Shown here: one piece after another, positions 1 to 11,065 of the stretch
How the letters are laid out: each line of letters begins with the position of its first letter
Numbering within the stretch: the stretch's first letter is position 1
Assembly (NCBI GenBank): GCA_028534125.1
Contig: CM052816.1
Coordinates: 56,174,001-56,238,000 of the forward strand
From: Lama glama
Taxonomy: Eukaryota
Length of the DNA: 64,000 bases
Direction of reading: 5' to 3'
Made by a program: the position numbers and the translations under genes
Notes under the pieces: generated by a model
What the model was told of the DNA's origin: nothing
Database searches by the model: none
What the model saw: the letters and a program-made list of their open reading frames with translations, nothing else

Positions 1-737
1 GCTTGACAATGCAGTGAAAATACCCACACCTAAGGCCTTAGTAGTAATGAGGCGTGAGCGGTGGCCGGGGGGAGTGGAGAGATGACCAGCCAAACCCAGA
101 GGTGAGGCCACATCCCATAGCTCTAGCTCTTTCATCTGGTTTCCTTTGCTAAATCTAAGTTTACATCCCACCTGACCACCAGCCAGAGGCTTAACATTTA
201 CAGGACATTGTTTTGTTACTTTTGACCTCTGTGGGCTGGAGAGGTAGGATAGCTTTCTCCCAGTAGCCACAGCACTTGCAAACGCCATCCAAAACGCATT
301 TACCAATCTGTTCCTTTTAAAGAGAGACTGTGTTTCCATTAACTTACTGTGTGTATGTTTAGCTCTCCCTTTTATTTCCCTCCTGACTTGTAGCATGCCT
401 ATTACTATAGGCATCAAAAACAAAAAATAAGTCTTTGGAGGGGGAAAACCATTTTATCTTCCTATCTCTGGGCACATGTTCACAGGCGCTCTACATGTTC
501 AGACTTTACTAAGCATCCCCTTGAAACATACCATTTATGAGAGCTCAGATACACTGTTGTCATGAATGTACAAGCAAGTATTGCCTTCTTACAGAGTGTT
601 AAAGCTGGCTTATGTCTTTTCGGTAGAGGCTCTAGGCCTAAGAGTATGGATAGTATATGTGTTTTTGACTCTTCCCTTTAACAGAAATTTGATCTGTAAT
701 TTAAGGAAGTAGGGTAAACATGCTTTAATTTCTTTAG

Positions 738-920
738 GCTCTGAAGAAAGCTGATAAGCAAATTTTGGAGCCACTGATGAATCTCGAGGTTACAGTGACT
801 AGAGATTACCTCAGCCCTGTCCTAGCAGATCTGGCACAAAGAAGAGGGAACATTCAGGAAATCCAGACTCGTCAGGACAACAAAGTTGTTATTGGATTTG
901 TTCCCCTAGCAGAAATTATG
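738..920 (+). CDS. GFM2: GFM2 (mitochondrial ribosome-releasing factor 2 / EF-G2mt), penultimate coding exon
   Basis: tttag|GCT...ATG|gtagg; 183 nt, phase 0/0; translates [61 protein letters not shown] (EF-G domain V, LEP.M...DL..RRG.I motif). Confidence 0.96.
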
Positions 921-1562
921 GTAGGTACTTTGTGACTAAAAGTACATACTCTTCTTAATACAAAGGATATATATATATGCTTAGCAAACATAGATGACTG
1001 GTAACACCTAAAAGCATCAAGGCTCTGCTTTAGAGACATGTCGTTTCATCCATAGGGAACTATTGGGAATTTGGACATAAATTGCTGGGGGAATCCAGGG
1101 GATTTCAGCAGCACAGGGTGGATGGGGTGGGGTGGGAGGTCTTTTTCAGTCCTCCTCAAAGGTTGAGGTCTGCTGTACCAAAATGTGTCACCACCCTAAG
1201 TGACCATTTATTTTTCCCATTCCAAGTGCTTCTCTTACTTCTAGCATTGCCAACTTTCAAGTGTCCTCCTCCCCACAGCCTCTCCTGCTCTAGGACAGGT
1301 ACCTGAGTCAGGCCAGCAGAGTCATCTCACCAAATGCTGGGTCCAGGGAACACTTTCGAAGCATACCCAGACTACTGCTGGTTTTCTGTCCTCCACAATA
1401 CTTACCAAATTTCTCCTGAAAAAAATGTTAAATGAGCCATTTAGAAGAAATGATATGATATGGTTAATCCTGACCTTTCCTGATAATGGTCAGAAGATCA
1501 GCAGGAAGAGAGACCTGAGGCTTGACTTTGCTGCCATAACTGACTGACATTATTTTGATTAG

Positions 1563-1691
1563 GGTTATTCAACTGTGCTTCGAACGCTAACATCAGGCTC
1601 AGCTACTTTTGCCTTAGAACTGTCTAATTACCAAGCCATGAATCCTCAAGACCAAAGTACGCTGCTCGGCCGGAGAAGGGGCTTGTCCTAA
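1563..1691 (+). CDS. GFM2: GFM2 last coding exon
   Basis: ttttgattag|[45 protein letters not shown] then TAA at 1689-1691; EF-G C-terminal GYST.LR..T.G motif; in frame with the preceding exon. Confidence 0.96.
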   Translation, partial: GYSTVLRTLTSGSATFALELSNYQAMNPQDQSTLLGRRRGLS

Positions 1692-1929
1692 GTGCGTAAG
1701 GTCCTTGGACAGAAACCACCTACTTCATTTTCAGTAAGAACAATTTAAAAGGATACTTTATAGAATGAGCAACATGCTTTGATGGTGAAGGTTAGTGAAT
1801 GCACTGTGTATCTATGAAGTTACTACTATCATTAGTAAGTACTCAGTTGCTTGGAATAGCTGGTTGATTTTAAGCTGCTCTCACAAAGATGACAGTCTTC
1901 TAAATGTATAGTAAGATAGAGATTCAATC

Positions 1930-1935
1930 AATAAA
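1930..1935 (+). terminator. GFM2: Probable GFM2 polyadenylation signal (AATAAA)
   Basis: AATAAA ~240 nt after the GFM2 stop codon. Confidence 0.75.
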
Positions 1936-1942
1936 AAGATCT

Positions 1943-1948
1943 TTTATT
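1943..1948 (-). terminator. HEXB: Probable HEXB polyadenylation signal (AATAAA)
   Basis: tttatt on + strand, ~90 nt past the HEXB stop; context AATAAAAGATCTTTTTATTGATTGAA resembles the human HEXB mRNA 3' end as I recall it. Confidence 0.85.
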
Positions 1949-2037
1949 TAAAAACACGATTTTAAAACATGATTTTAAACTCAAGTTGATTGTAGTACAG
2001 TAAGTGCGAGCTTTTTTCTATTTTTCTTCATTTCAGC

Positions 2038-2104
2038 TCATTGTGACATTCCATCCTCGTAGTTACAATATCCAGTAAAAAGAGGTTGTGCACTTATTCC
2101 TCGT
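2038..2104 (-). CDS. HEXB: HEXB exon 14 (last coding)
   Basis: ctacag|A CGA...; (R)RGISAQPLFTGYCNYEDGMSQ-TGA. Confidence 0.95.
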
Positions 2105-2479
2105 CTGTAGAACAGATAAATTATAAAGAAAAGATGTTTTAGATTGATATAACTCAGCTCCATCTCAAGGAAAAATGAGAATCACTAAACCATACCAGTA
2201 ATTACTGAAAAAAAAGATTGTTAAAGTGATTCAAGATGGAGTTCTAAGTTATAGCAAAATTTAATATATCTATAAAACAGCTTCAAGTCCAAAACCAAAC
2301 ATTTTCTCCTTACAGGTATTGTTGTCTTACCTCCAAGAAAGTTCCCAGTTTCTTCTAAATCACTACATCTTAGGTGGCATACTTTTCCCAATAAGCTAGA
2401 TAACACTAAATATGGTTAAAAAAAAAAATCACCCTGTACTTAATAGTATCCAAGCTTGAAAAATAAGCATTTGTCTCAC

Positions 2480-2584
2480 CTGATCATTCTGCAGCGGTGA
2501 ACTGTTAGTCTGCTGTAGGCGTCCCCTAGATCTCTGACACCCTGGTGACTCCAGAGCCTCTCACCAACAGCACTTGCCCGGGGC
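2480..2584 (-). CDS. HEXB: HEXB exon 13
   Basis: 105 nt, tttag|G..AG|gtgaga; (W)[34 protein letters not shown](R). Confidence 0.97.
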
Positions 2585-2711
2585 CTAAAATTTAAACCAC
2601 ATGCCTCCAGTACAGTTTAAATTCATGTTTTCTTAAATAATGCTTTCCTGCTTGGATGGAGAAGGAAAGCTCAGTCACCTTTCTTTAAATATTACCACTT
2701 AAATTCCATAC

Positions 2712-2802
2712 CACAGTCTCGGAGTGAGGTTAGTAGAATCCACATACTCTCCCCATAGACAAGCTTCTCCGCCAATGACAAGTGTTTTCTGTTTCTCAGA
2801 AC
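2712..2802 (-). CDS. HEXB: HEXB exon 12
   Basis: 91 nt, tgcag|GT..TG|gtatgg; (G)[29 protein letters not shown](W). Confidence 0.97.
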
Positions 2803-3729
2803 CTGCATTAAAATCATTGAATTGATGTGAGTTAGGGAGTTGCAGCTCAAGGTTTACATACAGAGACTGTACTGATTTTTTCTGTCATCATTCTCTCCTG
2901 TAATCAGCAGGGCCTTGGGCGCTGTTCATGGTTGTAGCACAGAAAGAGGTAGTGATTCCCTCCTCCCCTCCCCCGAATGCCCTACGGTCAGAGAGAGACG
3001 AAAACAGTAAGCTAGGAGAATCCAGCAGGGACTCAGACTTGACTCACACAGTATTCATAAGCATATCTCGACTACTGTGGCGACATTAAACATAGCACTG
3101 TTCTCTGGTTTTATGCAAACTTATTTGTACACCAGAAAGATTTTGCCCCTGATTCCCTGTGAACAGTGTGCCACAGACTACAAGGTGGCCTACTAGTGAC
3201 CACTCCTGCCTTCAGTAGCTCTCTCTCTCTTGGTATTAAAAAGGACTATCAAACACTATGTTTTATAGTAGTTATGACTTTTTGATTCTCCAAAAATGCT
3301 TTTTAGACATAATGATAGGGGTTTGAGAGCCTGGAGCTCCACCACTCAGACATGCCCACCCCCAAGTGTGCCGCCGCCTCAGAACCTAGGAGGCACTGAT
3401 GGGCTGCGGTTCCCGCTTAGGTGTCTTACACTGGAGAGGCAGCTCAGAAGAGATACAAGGTTGATGGAGTCAGGCATCTTTAAAATGCATCTTATAAGTG
3501 AAAATGGAGATATAATCTAAGGGAGTCTACTTTTGAAGTTCTTTTATTTAGGGAAGAATATGGTTTCTTTCACAAAGTTTAAAACGATACTGAAGTCAGT
3601 CTAAGTATACACAAGCAAAATCCAGGGTCATATATAAAAGGGAGGCTGGCTAGTTAGGTGGTGTTCTAGGTAAGGGCTCCCTGGTGAGAGGGTAGGGGGA
3701 AAAACTAAGTAATGATGATGCTCACTTAC

Positions 3730-3904
3730 CAGGAAAATCCAGAGGTTCTACTTCATAGTATCCTCTCCAGTCTTGTCCGTAACGAATCACATCTAAGTAC
3801 CAAGGAGCAGAAAGGATCATAGGGAATCCAGCTTCTGTAACTTTACTTTGTTCATGAGGAAACTTGTCCGATTTCCACACTTGAACTACTGTGCCTGGTG
3901 AAAG
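3730..3904 (-). CDS. HEXB: HEXB exon 11
   Basis: 175 nt, aatag|CTT..G|gtaagt; [58 protein letters not shown](G). Confidence 0.97.
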
Positions 3905-4687
3905 CTATTAAAGTTACAAATTGCAATATATATTATTAGGTCTAGTAACTACAGTAGATGAAATTAAAAGTCCAAAGCACTGTAGCTAAGAAAATAAGAT
4001 CTTTCAAAAAATTTTTTTTCTTCTTCTTTCCCTTCAGAGTTAATGCCAAATGCTATTTCTTGTAGGGACTTAAAATTAGAAGTTTCATCAACCTGAAGGT
4101 TGGATATTTAACTTTCGCCTGTATATGATACCAAATACATGTAATGAATTAAGGCGTTAGTCCCATTTCTACCACACTGTTTTACTTTAGAGTAATGAGG
4201 ATGCCACCAGCCTTCTAGAAAGGTAACAATAGTAGCTGGACTTGCAAATTCTCAGTTGCCCCAAAGGAAAATTTAGAAATTCTGACTGTCAGAGAGAAAT
4301 GCCATTTAAAATAGACGGTTTTACTTAAAACTGTCTTAATGGCAGTAAAGACTTACTTGTTCTAATCTGTTTGTTCTGCCCTTCTGAAAAAAGGAACATA
4401 CTTTAGAGTACTTCAGTTTGTGATTAACAAACAATGAGACGGCAGGGGAGGAGGGGAGACGGGAGAGATGAGGAGGAGGCGCTAGAGAATGAAGCAGATG
4501 GAAGAAATGAAACAAATACCATTATCCCTGGTCTCCTTGTACAGTTCGTGCCTGACAGAAGTTTAAATGGAAAGGTAAGCTAATTTTTCCCTTAATGTTG
4601 GGGAAAGCTTCATTAGGGTTCCTTCCATCCAAAATGTTAGAGTATTAAGTCTCTCCTATCTGAATCAAATGCAGTCTTCATACTTAC

Positions 4688-4760
4688 CTTATCTTTATTA
4701 TCAAAAACCTCTTGCCAGACTATGGATCTCTTGCCCATGGTTGAAACCATATCCAAAAGC
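4688..4760 (-). CDS. HEXB: HEXB exon 10
   Basis: 73 nt, ggtag|G..AAG|gtaagt; (K)LLDMVSTMGKRSIVWQEVFDNKDK. Confidence 0.96.
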
Positions 4761-5260
4761 CTACCATTGAGAAAATTACACAGTTATTTCAGATCACAAG
4801 CTTACCAAGAAGTGTAAAGAGTACACATTTTATACCAAGGACAACAACATTGAGAGGTGCTTTTCAATACAGCACAGCTTTATAAATAGTAGAACTAGCA
4901 AAAGTTGGGTGGGGACCCACACGGTTCCTTCTTTCTAGCACGTGGCTCAGAACCTGGCACAGCAGAGGGGTTTAACAGTCATTTGCCGAATGAACGAGCT
5001 AAGCGTGCCCCAAAGACAGGAAGACGTGGGAGCTCACAGGGAAGTGTGCAAACATCAATCTTCGGTAATTTCATAGGTATCTCAGAATAAAGGAAACTAT
5101 AAACTAGTCTCTGATGTCACCTTAGTAACTTCCAACAGTGTTGACAAATATTTCCTGATACTCAGAGGATACCAGGTGCTCTACAGGATAAAAAAAAAAA
5201 TTAGACTATATCACACAAAAAACTTAACAAGAAAAGGCTAGACTCTGGGCTTGCTCAGTG

Positions 5261-5500
5261 CAGGGATTGGCAAACTATTGCCTGAAGCCTGTTTTTGTCT
5301 GGCTTAGGAGCTGAGAATGGTTCTTAATTTGTAAAGTGTTGTTTAAAAAATAAGAACATGCAACCATATGTGCCCCACAAAGTCTACAGTATTTACTGTC
5401 TGGCCCTTTACAGAAAAAGTTTACTGCTCCCTACACAGAGCAGCACTGTCCAGTAGAGCTTTCTGCAGTGATGGAAAAGTTCTATAGCCACATGTGGCTA
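5261..5500. mobile_element. hAT-Charlie MITE remnants (MER58-like then MER3-like)
   Basis: cagggattggcaaact...atttactgtctggccctttacagaaaaagttt; then cagcactgtccagtagagctttctgcagtgatggaaa. Confidence 0.65.
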
Positions 5501-5857
5501 TGGTACCACAGCAGACGACACAGGTATAAAGTAAAAGAATTGCTCCTGGAGTTGACCAAAGGGGATGACTTCCGGGGGCTGGATGGTGACTTCGCAGGGT
5601 AGCCAGGGCTTTGTGCTGAGCTTTTACACCTATCCTTGTGTTTCAACAATTACTGCAAAAAGATCAGTCACCGTGTTAAGGATGACTCTCCTTTACGATT
5701 TTTCATCTGTATACTTTATGTAACAATATACAGCATCTGCACTTTGGCAAAGGCGTGGAAAGAAAATGAGAAAATACAGTAGTACTAAATAATAGCTCAC
5801 ACTTTCACAAAAGGCACTAATGAAATAAAAACAGAAGTAGACTTTCAAGTAACTTAC

Positions 5858-5941
5858 TTTTCCATATAGAAAGACTCTAGTCGCTCGAAATTGGCAAAAC
5901 CTTTGGATTTCATGAATTTCTGGATGTCTGGATTGGACTTC
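5858..5941 (-). CDS. HEXB: HEXB exon 9
   Basis: 84 nt, ttaag|G..AA|gtaagt; (W)KSNPDIQKFMKSKGFANFERLESFYME(K). Confidence 0.95.
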
Positions 5942-6481
5942 CTTAAAAAAACAATGATTAGAATTTCATTAAGTTTAACATGCTCAATCTTTTTAAGCAA
6001 CATTTTCCCTAACATTTATACAGATTTAAAACTGTTAAAGTCTGTATAGTAAAATAAGCCTAAAAACTTAATTATGAGTTATCTTAGCTTTCTACTGCGA
6101 ATAATTTTTTCCAAAAGCTGATTTCCTATAAAAATGGCTTTCCCTAACCTCTCACCTCTCTCCTCCATCTAAGGCTATTTGCAAAGAGGAATTTTATTTG
6201 AAAAATCTCCCCCATTTAATGATTACCCTCTTTCATGGAAGCTGTTCTTGTGCACTAGCTGGCCTTTTCTAAAATCTCCCTTTTAAGTTCTCCTTCCTAG
6301 CTTTTTGCCATATCACCCATATGGACATTCTATAGAAAGCCACCATCTCAGGAATGGGGTTGCCAACCTTACAGAGGTGTTACCCCAAATCTTCCCTTTT
6401 CACATGGAGACCTCTACACCTACTTCAAACGCAACAATTTAAAAGAAGCGGGGAGGGGGTAGTTTTAATGAACTGTCATAC

Positions 6482-6662
6482 CAGCAGTCAAATTGTACTT
6501 CATCTCCTCCCAAATGAATGAATTTATCTGGAAATACAGTACTGATTTCTTTGAAGAGGGCATGCAGGAAGCTGTAGGTTGTATTTAGAATCGGGTTTAT
6601 CGGCCCAAAAGTCCCAGATGACTGTGTTCCTTGATAGCATGGAGTCAGGAGGTCTTTCTGAC
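6482..6662 (-). CDS. HEXB: HEXB exon 8 (catalytic Asp-Glu)
   Basis: 181 nt, tccag|GT..TG|gtatga; (G)[59 protein letters not shown](W); D-E codons at 6499-6504. Confidence 0.98.
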
Positions 6663-7454
6663 CTGGAAGGAAACATGAAGAATCTTTGCTAAAGAAGTAC
6701 TTCAGTCACAAAGACATGGCTTTTGCACGTGATTATACGACTGTATTTTGTTGAAGTGTTAAGAGATTTTATACAGAAAAGGAGAAGCGTGTTTATTTAC
6801 TCAGAGTTACTATGGTAACGTCTTCCAAATAAGAAAAGGGAGCATTGTTTCCTGAATACTATTCCCTGTACCGGTTTCCCTTTCTATCACAGCCTCTTCC
6901 TGAAATTTTATCCGTTTCAAGTATTCTCTGGAATACTAATGACTCCCACATCTTCAGCTTACCCCAGTCCCTTTCCTCACACTTCAATCTGTATTTCAAA
7001 TTCCCTGCTGAACAGAGCAGGATATCCTAGCTTCACTTCAAGTAGATCTAACAAAAACCAAACCCTCTTCCGCAAACTCCTTTGATAGTTTCTCCTGAGT
7101 TTCGTGTTCTGGTAAAGCCTGCCAACATCTTGTCTGTAACTCATCCCTCTCCTCCTGGAGTCAGGCAGTTGCCAGGTTCTGTGGATTCTACTTCCAGAAT
7201 GTCTCTCAGTTCTGAATATTACTCTCCATTTTCTTTTTCACCATTCTGGTCTAGCACCTTTAGTCTCTCTCCCCTTCCAATCTGTCTCCTGCACGTAGGT
7301 TTTCCCGTGTTGTGGCTCCCATCATGTCACTCTTGGCTGTAACTTTCACTGGTTTCCCTGTATCCTGATGAAGCCCACATTCCTCACCAAGGCCTTCTCT
7401 ACACGGAACTTTTTTCAGACTGACTGACCACTATTCTCCATGTATACTCTAAAA

Positions 7455-7650
7455 ATGCTAGGTGCGGTGCTACGTGCTTTACATTCAATCTTCAAAAAAG
7501 GTTAATGATAGCTACTGCTAATATTCGCATCTTTAGAGATGGGAAACTGAGGCTGAGGTGTTCCATAACTTGCCCAAGGTCACTCAGTTTATAAATCACA
7601 GAAGCAGGATTCAAACCCAGGCAGTCAAGCCCCCGAGCTAGTTCTTAATG
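7455..7650 (-). mobile_element. MIR SINE
   Basis: MIR core: gatgggaaactgaggc...aacttgcccaaggtcac...gcaggattcaaacccaggcagtc. Confidence 0.75.
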
Positions 7651-8033
7651 ACCCTGTAGTACCTCCTACTCCCTGCTGCACTTTACTCCAGCTAGATGCC
7701 TTTCCTGTTCTTCTGTCTGAAACAGGAACATACTCTGATTCCTCAAGAATGATCCCTTTTAAGTGTCACCTTATTCACAAACCTGTTTAATTCATTTATC
7801 ACTGTTTTTCTTTATTCCTTGTGTTTATACTTTAGGCAATGCCTGGATACAGTAACTTGCTCACAACAGACACAAAATAGTTACTGAATTACAACTATCA
7901 GTAGTGCTACCTCTGTGCAAAACCACAAGTAGCAAAACCACAAGAACAAAATGAGCAAATACTAAGTCATAAAGTTAAGAGATGCAGGACCTCAAATGTT
8001 CACATTTTATAACTCATCAAACATACTCCTTAC

Positions 8034-8163
8034 CTTTTCCCCAAGACTGCGTATGTCCAGGGCTATCAAATTCTGGCACGATCCGAATCCCTCGTAATCG
8101 AGCATATCCAATCACCCTACGGATATCGTTTGGTGTATAAACACCAGACAAAGAAAAGCTTCC
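8034..8163 (-). CDS. HEXB: HEXB exon 7
   Basis: 130 nt, tgtag|GGA..G|gtaagg; [43 protein letters not shown](G). Confidence 0.97.
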
Positions 8164-8435
8164 CTACAAAAGCCACATTTATTAAAATTAGAAGGTACAC
8201 AGTGGATTTGATTGTGGAAATTGTTTACAGTTCTGTTTGTACTTTGTGATACTTGAAAAATCTGCCAGCAGATATCAAAATATCAAATAGTACCATATGA
8301 TATTAGATGTCTCATTTAAATTATTTGTTTACTGCATCTTATCAGTAAGGGGTCAGCACACTTTGGGTTAACTTCAGATATGCTGATAGAACTATCTCTA
8401 CGAACACCTTTTGTTTCAGGAATGTCTACCATCAC

Positions 8436-8523
8436 TTTTTTTTTAACATTTTTTATTGATTTATAATCATTTTACAATGTTGTATCAAATTCCAGTGTAG
8501 AGCATAATTTTTCGATTATACAT
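8436..8523 (-). mobile_element. Short LINE-1 3' terminus (sense to HEXB)
   Basis: poly-T then tttattgatttataatcattttacaatgttgtatcaaattccagtgtagagc = reverse complement of an L1 3' UTR end. Confidence 0.7.
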
Positions 8524-9767
8524 TGTTTCAACCTCATGTAACCATACAACAAAACAAATAAAATGACTCCACCATGAGACTCTGAATACACTGCCCTTGT
8601 CAGTTTCTGAATCAAAATTCGTGCATTATTACAAAACATAGCAGCTGCCTTTCAAAGTCACTTTAATTACTATCAGCTTAAAAAAATTACTCCAGAAATG
8701 CTCTGGTAAGTGGATTGATTTTTTTTTTTTAAAGATTACCCTTGGTCCCTTAAAAAATTAGAACTCAATATTGATTGTAACTAAAGGTAAAGGTCCATTA
8801 ATGGTGTTAACTGTGGCACATTTCTCAAGGTATAAATATAACATATAAATGTATCTGGTATATAAATAAACACTCAACTCCTAAAAAGTAGTCTTACCCT
8901 ACCCCTAACCCCAAAGTCAAATCTGTAATTAATCAAGACTAAATCTAACCACCAGTTTATAGCAAACACAGGGACATGGAATAGCAAAACCCAGACTGTG
9001 GGAGTCTATAGGACAAATGACTTAGCTTCTTCAACAAAAATAACAAATTTTAAGAAAAAAGAGAATTAATAGACATTAACTGACCACAATGTATGGAACT
9101 TACTTGCATCCAGTACAAATAAATTTTTTAAAAAGGAAAAGGCACTTGGGGAAACATGAATAATGATTGGCCGTCTGGATTATTGCTAATTTTTTAGCTG
9201 TGATAATATTTTTTTTAAATAGGCCTTCTTACAAATAAGATGTGATGTCTGGGAATTACCTTCAAAATAATAGCAGAGGGAGTATAGGTAATACAAGATC
9301 GGCCATTTATTGATTACTGAAGCTGAGTGATGAGGAAACAGGAATTCATCAAATTCTACTTCTGAATACATTTGCAATTTTCCATATTAAAAATAAAACA
9401 AAAGCAAACAACAACAGGAGTGCTGCTAGGATTTCAACCCTACATCAATTCATACTACATCAAAACATTTGGAATTGTAGCCAGAGTCCTGGCGCTGCCC
9501 CTTCCCAACTACAACTTTGGGTGAGATATATACGGCTTCTCTGGGTGTGGGAGGCTATCTCTGTGCTGCAGGGGGTTAACTTGGATGCTACCGAGGCTTG
9601 CTCTCAGCGCCACTGTTCTGTAATGCAGTCAATTTCAAAACTTCTTTCTAAGACTACCATTATTTTCTAAGATGAGGCATTTATGTCTAAAATTCCCTAC
9701 TTTGTGTAGTTTTTCAGAGAGAAAAGTAGTAGTCGTTTACAGAATTCAGAAGAATTCAATTTAACTC

Positions 9768-10041
9768 TCAGACTTAGTAAACAATCTTATGGTTACTGGG
9801 TAAAGGGGGTGGGAGGAAATAAATTTGGGAGTTTGAGATTTACAGATGTTAGCCACTACATAATAAAAATCGATTTTAAAAAGCTGCTTTTGTATAGCAC
9901 TGTGCTCAATATCTTGTAATAACCTTTAATGGAAAAAATATGAGAACAAACATATGTATGTATATGCAAGACTGGGACATTCTGCTGTACACCAGAAATT
10001 TGACACATTGTAATTGACTATACTTCAATTTAAAAAAAAAA
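9768..10041 (+). mobile_element. LINE-1 3' UTR fragment with A tail
   Basis: cttatggttactggg...aaatttgggagtttgagatttacaga...acacattgtaattgactatacttcaatttaaaaaaaaa. Confidence 0.85.
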
Positions 10042-10381
10042 CAACTCTGTTTAAAACAAACACTTGGACAACTTGGTAAATATAGTTACTTAAACTTACA
10101 TTTAGCACGAATGTCTCAGCTCTCCTACATTTGTTAAGTCTGTACATTTTTATCTGTGTGGCCCCTGGGGACTGTTTACATTTACAATAACGATAGTTAT
10201 AAAAATGGAACCGTTGTATGGATCTAAAATGCTCAGCCACAGCCTATTAAAAAAATGTAAAACCACAAATATCTTTTACACTTTAATTCTGTCCATAAGG
10301 AGAAACATTTAAGCTATAAACTTCTAATGAAACTGTACCAAAAGTATTTGTATACAGACAAAAATAACATGAATTACTCAC

Positions 10382-10483
10382 TTTATTGCTTAACTCAGGA
10401 AAAGTGATGCTCTGATAAGGGAAAGACTCGTCATCAACCATGTGCCAGTGGAGAACATTAAACTTATTAAAAGCCATGGCATC
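10382..10483 (-). CDS. HEXB: HEXB exon 6
   Basis: 102 nt, tgcag|GAT..AAA|gtgagt; [34 protein letters not shown]. Confidence 0.98.
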
Positions 10484-10517
10484 CTGCAAACAAACATGTT
10501 AAAAAATTATACACCTT

Positions 10518-11065
10518 AAAATAACAATGAGCCATCACCTCACACCTGTCAGAATGGCTGGCTGTCATCAAAAAGGGCACAAATAAATGATGGCGAGGAT
10601 GTGAAGAAAAGGGAACTCTTCTATACTGTTAGTGGGAATGTAAATTGATGCAGTCACTGTGGAAAACAGTATGGAGGGATTCCACTCCTGGGTATATATT
10701 CAAGAAAACAACACCACTAACTGGAAAAGATACATGCACCCCAATGTTCATAGCAGCATTATTTACAATTGCCCAGATATGGAAACAACCTAAGCGTCCA
10801 TAAACAGATGAATGGATAAAGAAGATACTGGATGTATATACAATGGGACACTACTCAGCCATAAGAAAGAACGAAATTTTGCCATTTGCCACAAGCTGGA
10901 TGGATTAGGAGGGTTAAGTAAAATATGATACCACTTACACATGGAATCTAAAAAATAAACTAGTGAGTATAACAAAAAAGAAACAGACTCACAGATACAG
11001 AGAACGGACTAGTGGCTACCGGTGGGGAGAGGGAAGGAAAAAAGAATCATATAACAGAGATATAT
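10518..11065 (+). mobile_element. LINE-1 ORF2 C-terminus/3' UTR fragment
   Basis: cacctcacacctgtcagaatggct...ccaatgttcatagcagcattatttacaat...tactcagccataagaaagaacgaaat. Confidence 0.85.

Noticed and set aside
7917..7944. Duplicated gcaaaaccacaag giving two RUNX-like AACCACA sites
   Set aside because: Short slippage duplication in A-rich intron; no independent support for function.
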